Source: Leptospira sp. (GTDB lineage: Bacteria; Spirochaetota; Leptospiria; Leptospirales; Leptospiraceae). Taken from it: 64,000 nucleotides of DNA. Position 1 is the stretch's first letter, and every line of letters starts with the position of its first letter. The notes beneath the pieces were generated by a model. It saw nothing but the letters and a program-made list of their open reading frames with translations, ran no database searches and was not told where the DNA came from. The stretch spans positions 128,001 through 192,000 of the forward strand of contig JAWXAQ010000030.1 of NCBI GenBank assembly GCA_034439575.1, in the 5' to 3' direction. A program made the position numbers and the translations under genes. Below are positions 60,911 through 64,000 of this stretch, one piece after another.

Positions 60911-62260
60911 ATGATCACACTTAAATTTCCAAAGAACTTCATTTGGGGTACAGCGACTTCCTCCTACCAAATTGAAGGTGGCATACTTGATGATGGCAAA
61001 GGACTTTCTAATTGGGATGTATTTTCAAAAAAGAAAGGAAAAATCAAAAATTCAGATCATGGTGATATTGCTTGTGATCATTATCATAAATATAAAGAAG
61101 ATGTAAATTTATTAAAAAAGCTAAATATACAATCTTATAGGTATTCTATCTCTTGGCCAAGAGTTTTGCCTAATGGTGTGGGCTCTATCAATCAGAAAGG
61201 CTTAGATTTTTATGACCGCCTAACCGATGAATTGCTTAAAAACAACATTCTCCCTTTTGTGACTCTCTATCATTGGGACCTTCCGCAAAAATTAGAAGAT
61301 TTGGGCGGATGGCTAAACCGAGATACAGCAGATTTATTCGGTGATTATACAGAAATTATAGTACGAAAATTAGGAGACCGAGTCAAAAACTGGATCACAA
61401 TTAACGAACCTTGGATTGTTATGATCGCAGGCTATGTATTAGGTGCTCATGCTCCAGGACTACGACGCCCCTTCTCCGCTTTCAAAGTGGCCCATAATTT
61501 ACTACTTGCCCATGGTAAAAGTTTAGAAAGGATACGCAGTCTCTCGCCTAAAGCAAAGGCTGGAATCACAAATGCACTATCACCAGTGTATTCCAATCGT
61601 CGCGATAAAGAAACAAATGTTGTCAAACGTGCGAATGCCATCATGAACAAACTTTGGTTAGATCCTATTTTCAATGGCAAGTATCCAGATGAAATCGAAT
61701 CACTAGTTCATTCGCAGAACAAAGGAAATATCAAAGATGGTGATATGAAACTTATATCTGCAAAAACAGATTTTTTAGGGATCAATCATTATTCTAGAAT
61801 GATAGTTAGGCGGTTTCCGATTCCTGTATTTAAATTTATTCCTGTTTTACCAAAACATACTTCCGCTAAATTTACAACTATGGGTTGGGAAATATATCCA
61901 GAAGGATTTTATGATTTATTAAAGTGGGTCAAAGAAAAATACGCAAATCCTCCTATTTACATTACGGAAAACGGAATTAGCTTAAATGATACTCTAAAGG
62001 AAAATACTGTGAATGATCCCGATCGCATCCAATACCTAAAAGATTATCTCTTAAGCATGTCAAAGGCGATGGAAGAAGGAGTTGATGTTAGAGGGTATTT
62101 TGTCTGGTCATTTTTGGATAATTTTGAATGGCAAGAGGGTTATGAAAAAAAATTCGGAATCGTCTACGTTGACAGAAATGATCCCAATCTGAAACGAATT
62201 CCCAAAGATAGTGCCAAGTGGTATGCAAAAGTTTGTAAGGAGAATGGTTTTATTTACTGA
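60911..62260 (+). CDS. GH1 beta-glucosidase
   Basis: FIWGTATSSYQIEG, YRYSISWPR, TINEP, ITENG, WSFLDNFEW. Confidence 0.96.
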   Translation: MITLKFPKNFIWGTATSSYQIEGGILDDGKGLSNWDVFSKKKGKIKNSDHGDIACDHYHKYKEDVNLLKKLNIQSYRYSISWPRVLPNGVGSINQKGLDFYDRLTDELLKNNILPFVTLYHWDLPQKLEDLGGWLNRDTADLFGDYTEIIVRKLGDRVKNWITINEPWIVMIAGYVLGAHAPGLRRPFSAFKVAHNLLLAHGKSLERIRSLSPKAKAGITNALSPVYSNRRDKETNVVKRANAIMNKLWLDPIFNGKYPDEIESLVHSQNKGNIKDGDMKLISAKTDFLGINHYSRMIVRRFPIPVFKFIPVLPKHTSAKFTTMGWEIYPEGFYDLLKWVKEKYANPPIYITENGISLNDTLKENTVNDPDRIQYLKDYLLSMSKAMEEGVDVRGYFVWSFLDNFEWQEGYEKKFGIVYVDRNDPNLKRIPKDSAKWYAKVCKENGFIY

Positions 62261-62299
62261 AGCACTTGCAATTTTTTCAAATTCCTTTATAGTCTTTCC

Positions 62300-63202
62300 A
62301 TGCCTTTGATCAGTATTGTCATCCCCTCACTCAACGAAGAAAAATTCTTACCTTTATTACTAGAATCCATCAAAAAACAAACCTTCAAAGATTTTGAAGT
62401 GATAGTCGCAGATGCTGGTTCCAAAGACAAAACGATTGATATCGCCAAAAAGTATGGAGCCAAAGTGGTCCCAGGCGGAATGCCAGGTCCTGGACGAAAT
62501 CGAGGGGCGGCTGTTGCCACGGGTGAATTTTTATTCTTTTTTGATTCTGATGTCATACTGCCTGAGGATTTTTTAGAAAGCGCCTATCACGAAATGCAAG
62601 AGCGATTTTTAGACCTAGCTACATGTGAATTCAAACCACAGTCAGATTTACAACTTGATAAGGTAATGTTCAAACTTGCCAACCTAACAGTAAAATTAAA
62701 TCAATCCATCAATCCGAGAGCCGCAGGATTTTGTATTTTTATCACAAAAAGACTTTTTAACCGTGTGGGCGGTTTTGATGAAGCAGTCGTTATCGCAGAA
62801 GACCATGATCTAGTGGATCGAGCATCAAAGTTTAGACCCTTACGATTTTTAAACTCATGCCATCTAACGGTGAGTATTCGTAGGTTAGAAAAAGAAGGAC
62901 GATTTGCCTTACTTGAAAAGTACTTTCATGTAGAAATGCATCTGCTCACAAAAGGTAGTGTTAAAGAAGATATCATAGAATATGAATTTGGAAATTTTGA
63001 CGGCCAGGACAAAAAGGTTAGCACAAAAATTTTGGATGATCTAGAAAGAAATATCATCCAACTCGAAGAAAAATATAATAAATTTTCAGACAATGTAAAA
63101 TCGGGAATTTCTGAAATGCAATCCACACAAGAAAACTGGAAGAGTGCTTTAGAAAATATCACCACTTCCTTTCAGAATTTATTCAAAAAAGATAAAAAAT
63201 AA
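62300..63202 (+). CDS. GT2 family glycosyltransferase
   Basis: ISIVIPSLNEE, VADAGSKD, FFDSD, GGFDE..EDHDL. Confidence 0.93.
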   Translation: MPLISIVIPSLNEEKFLPLLLESIKKQTFKDFEVIVADAGSKDKTIDIAKKYGAKVVPGGMPGPGRNRGAAVATGEFLFFFDSDVILPEDFLESAYHEMQERFLDLATCEFKPQSDLQLDKVMFKLANLTVKLNQSINPRAAGFCIFITKRLFNRVGGFDEAVVIAEDHDLVDRASKFRPLRFLNSCHLTVSIRRLEKEGRFALLEKYFHVEMHLLTKGSVKEDIIEYEFGNFDGQDKKVSTKILDDLERNIIQLEEKYNKFSDNVKSGISEMQSTQENWKSALENITTSFQNLFKKDKK

Positions 63203-63210
63203 AATTAAGA

Positions 63211-64000
63211 TCACTTCGCTTTTTTATTTTTTTTGGACTTTAGAATATCAGAAGTTTCTTCTCTTACACTATGTGAATCATAAATCAAATTTATAAATGA
63301 ATTATGCGTTTCGTCATGCTTTTCATGGCCTATGTCGATTTGAATCAACTTGGACAAACGCAATTTTTTCTTAAGCTCTTGATTACCCTTATTTTTTTCA
63401 TCAAAGTGCAGTAATTTTTCCATAACGATAGGTAAAACTAATCTAGATAAGGCGGTGGCGACGAGTACACCCGCGATCACTACAGTAGCCAATGGACGTT
63501 GCACTTCGGCTCCAGCCATAGTTGAAATGGCCATCGGCAAAAATCCAATCGCCGCAATAAATTCAGTCGTTAACACAGGTCGCAATGATAGTATCCCTGC
63601 ACTTAACACAGATGATTCGATGGATTTTCCAGACTGAATTTCATCCTTTAAAGTCGCAGCGTAAACGACTCCATTTAACACAGCGATCCCACTCACTGCG
63701 ATAAAACCAACGGCAGCAGGTATGCTAAAAGGGAGTCCTCTCAGAAGTAAACCCAATATTCCCCCAGCCGCAGCCAATGGCACAACCGAGAACACACCTA
63801 ATGCATAGTAGATGCTATTAAATGCCATAATTAACATAAAAAATATTATGGCAAGAGCTACGGGAACAACCAGAATCAAGCGGTCTCTGGCTCGAACAAA
63901 ATTATCAAATTGTCCACCCCATTCCATTTCATACCCAAGCGGTAAATTGTCTGAAATGCTTTTGGTTTTTTCTTTTGCTTCGTTGATATACCCTACAAGA
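63211..64000 (-). CDS. CusA/CzcA-family heavy-metal RND permease, C-terminal part (5' end outside the window)
   Basis: [45 protein letters not shown]. Confidence 0.92.
   Translation of the reverse strand, partial: LVGYINEAKEKTKSISDNLPLGYEMEWGGQFDNFVRARDRLILVVPVALAIIFFMLIMAFNSIYYALGVFSVVPLAAAGGILGLLLRGLPFSIPAAVGFIAVSGIAVLNGVVYAATLKDEIQSGKSIESSVLSAGILSLRPVLTTEFIAAIGFLPMAISTMAGAEVQRPLATVVIAGVLVATALSRLVLPIVMEKLLHFDEKNKGNQELKKKLRLSKLIQIDIGHEKHDETHNSFINLIYDSHSVREETSDILKSKKNKKAK

Overview
AT-rich bacterial chromosomal window, most likely Leptospira (inferred from spirochaete-type lipoprotein signals, 7TM-DISM/GAF cyclase, long LRR protein, GC-rich intergenic palindromes and a giant protein resembling the Leptospira TIGR04388-type family). 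The flanks (about 1-14.5 kb and 49.6-64 kb) carry ordinary signalling, enzyme and housekeeping genes (two-component pair, adenylate cyclase, prlC, SCO/PCuAC, tatA-tatC, GH1, GT2, CusA-type RND). The centre (about 15-49.6 kb) holds a minus-strand operon TolC, Ig-like lipoprotein, lipoprotein, TPR lipoprotein, membrane protein, MFP and two RND genes. It is followed by a 2324-aa secreted polymorphic-toxin-like protein, a lipoprotein immunity candidate, an orphan toxin C-terminus and two further immunity candidates. Main discovery: a 28-bp dif/Xer-like site lies in frame inside the giant gene (22102-22129) and recurs at the head of the orphan tip (18916-18943). There it is one arm of a roughly 200-bp foldable inverted structure, and a degenerate copy closes the array (15109-15321). 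This geometry matches the product expected from CTXphi-attP or integron-attC style single-strand hairpin integration, and suggests an integron-like system that swaps toxin tips by site-specific recombination. No recombinase gene, rRNA, tRNA or CRISPR array was seen in the window. All family calls are from motif reading, not database searches.
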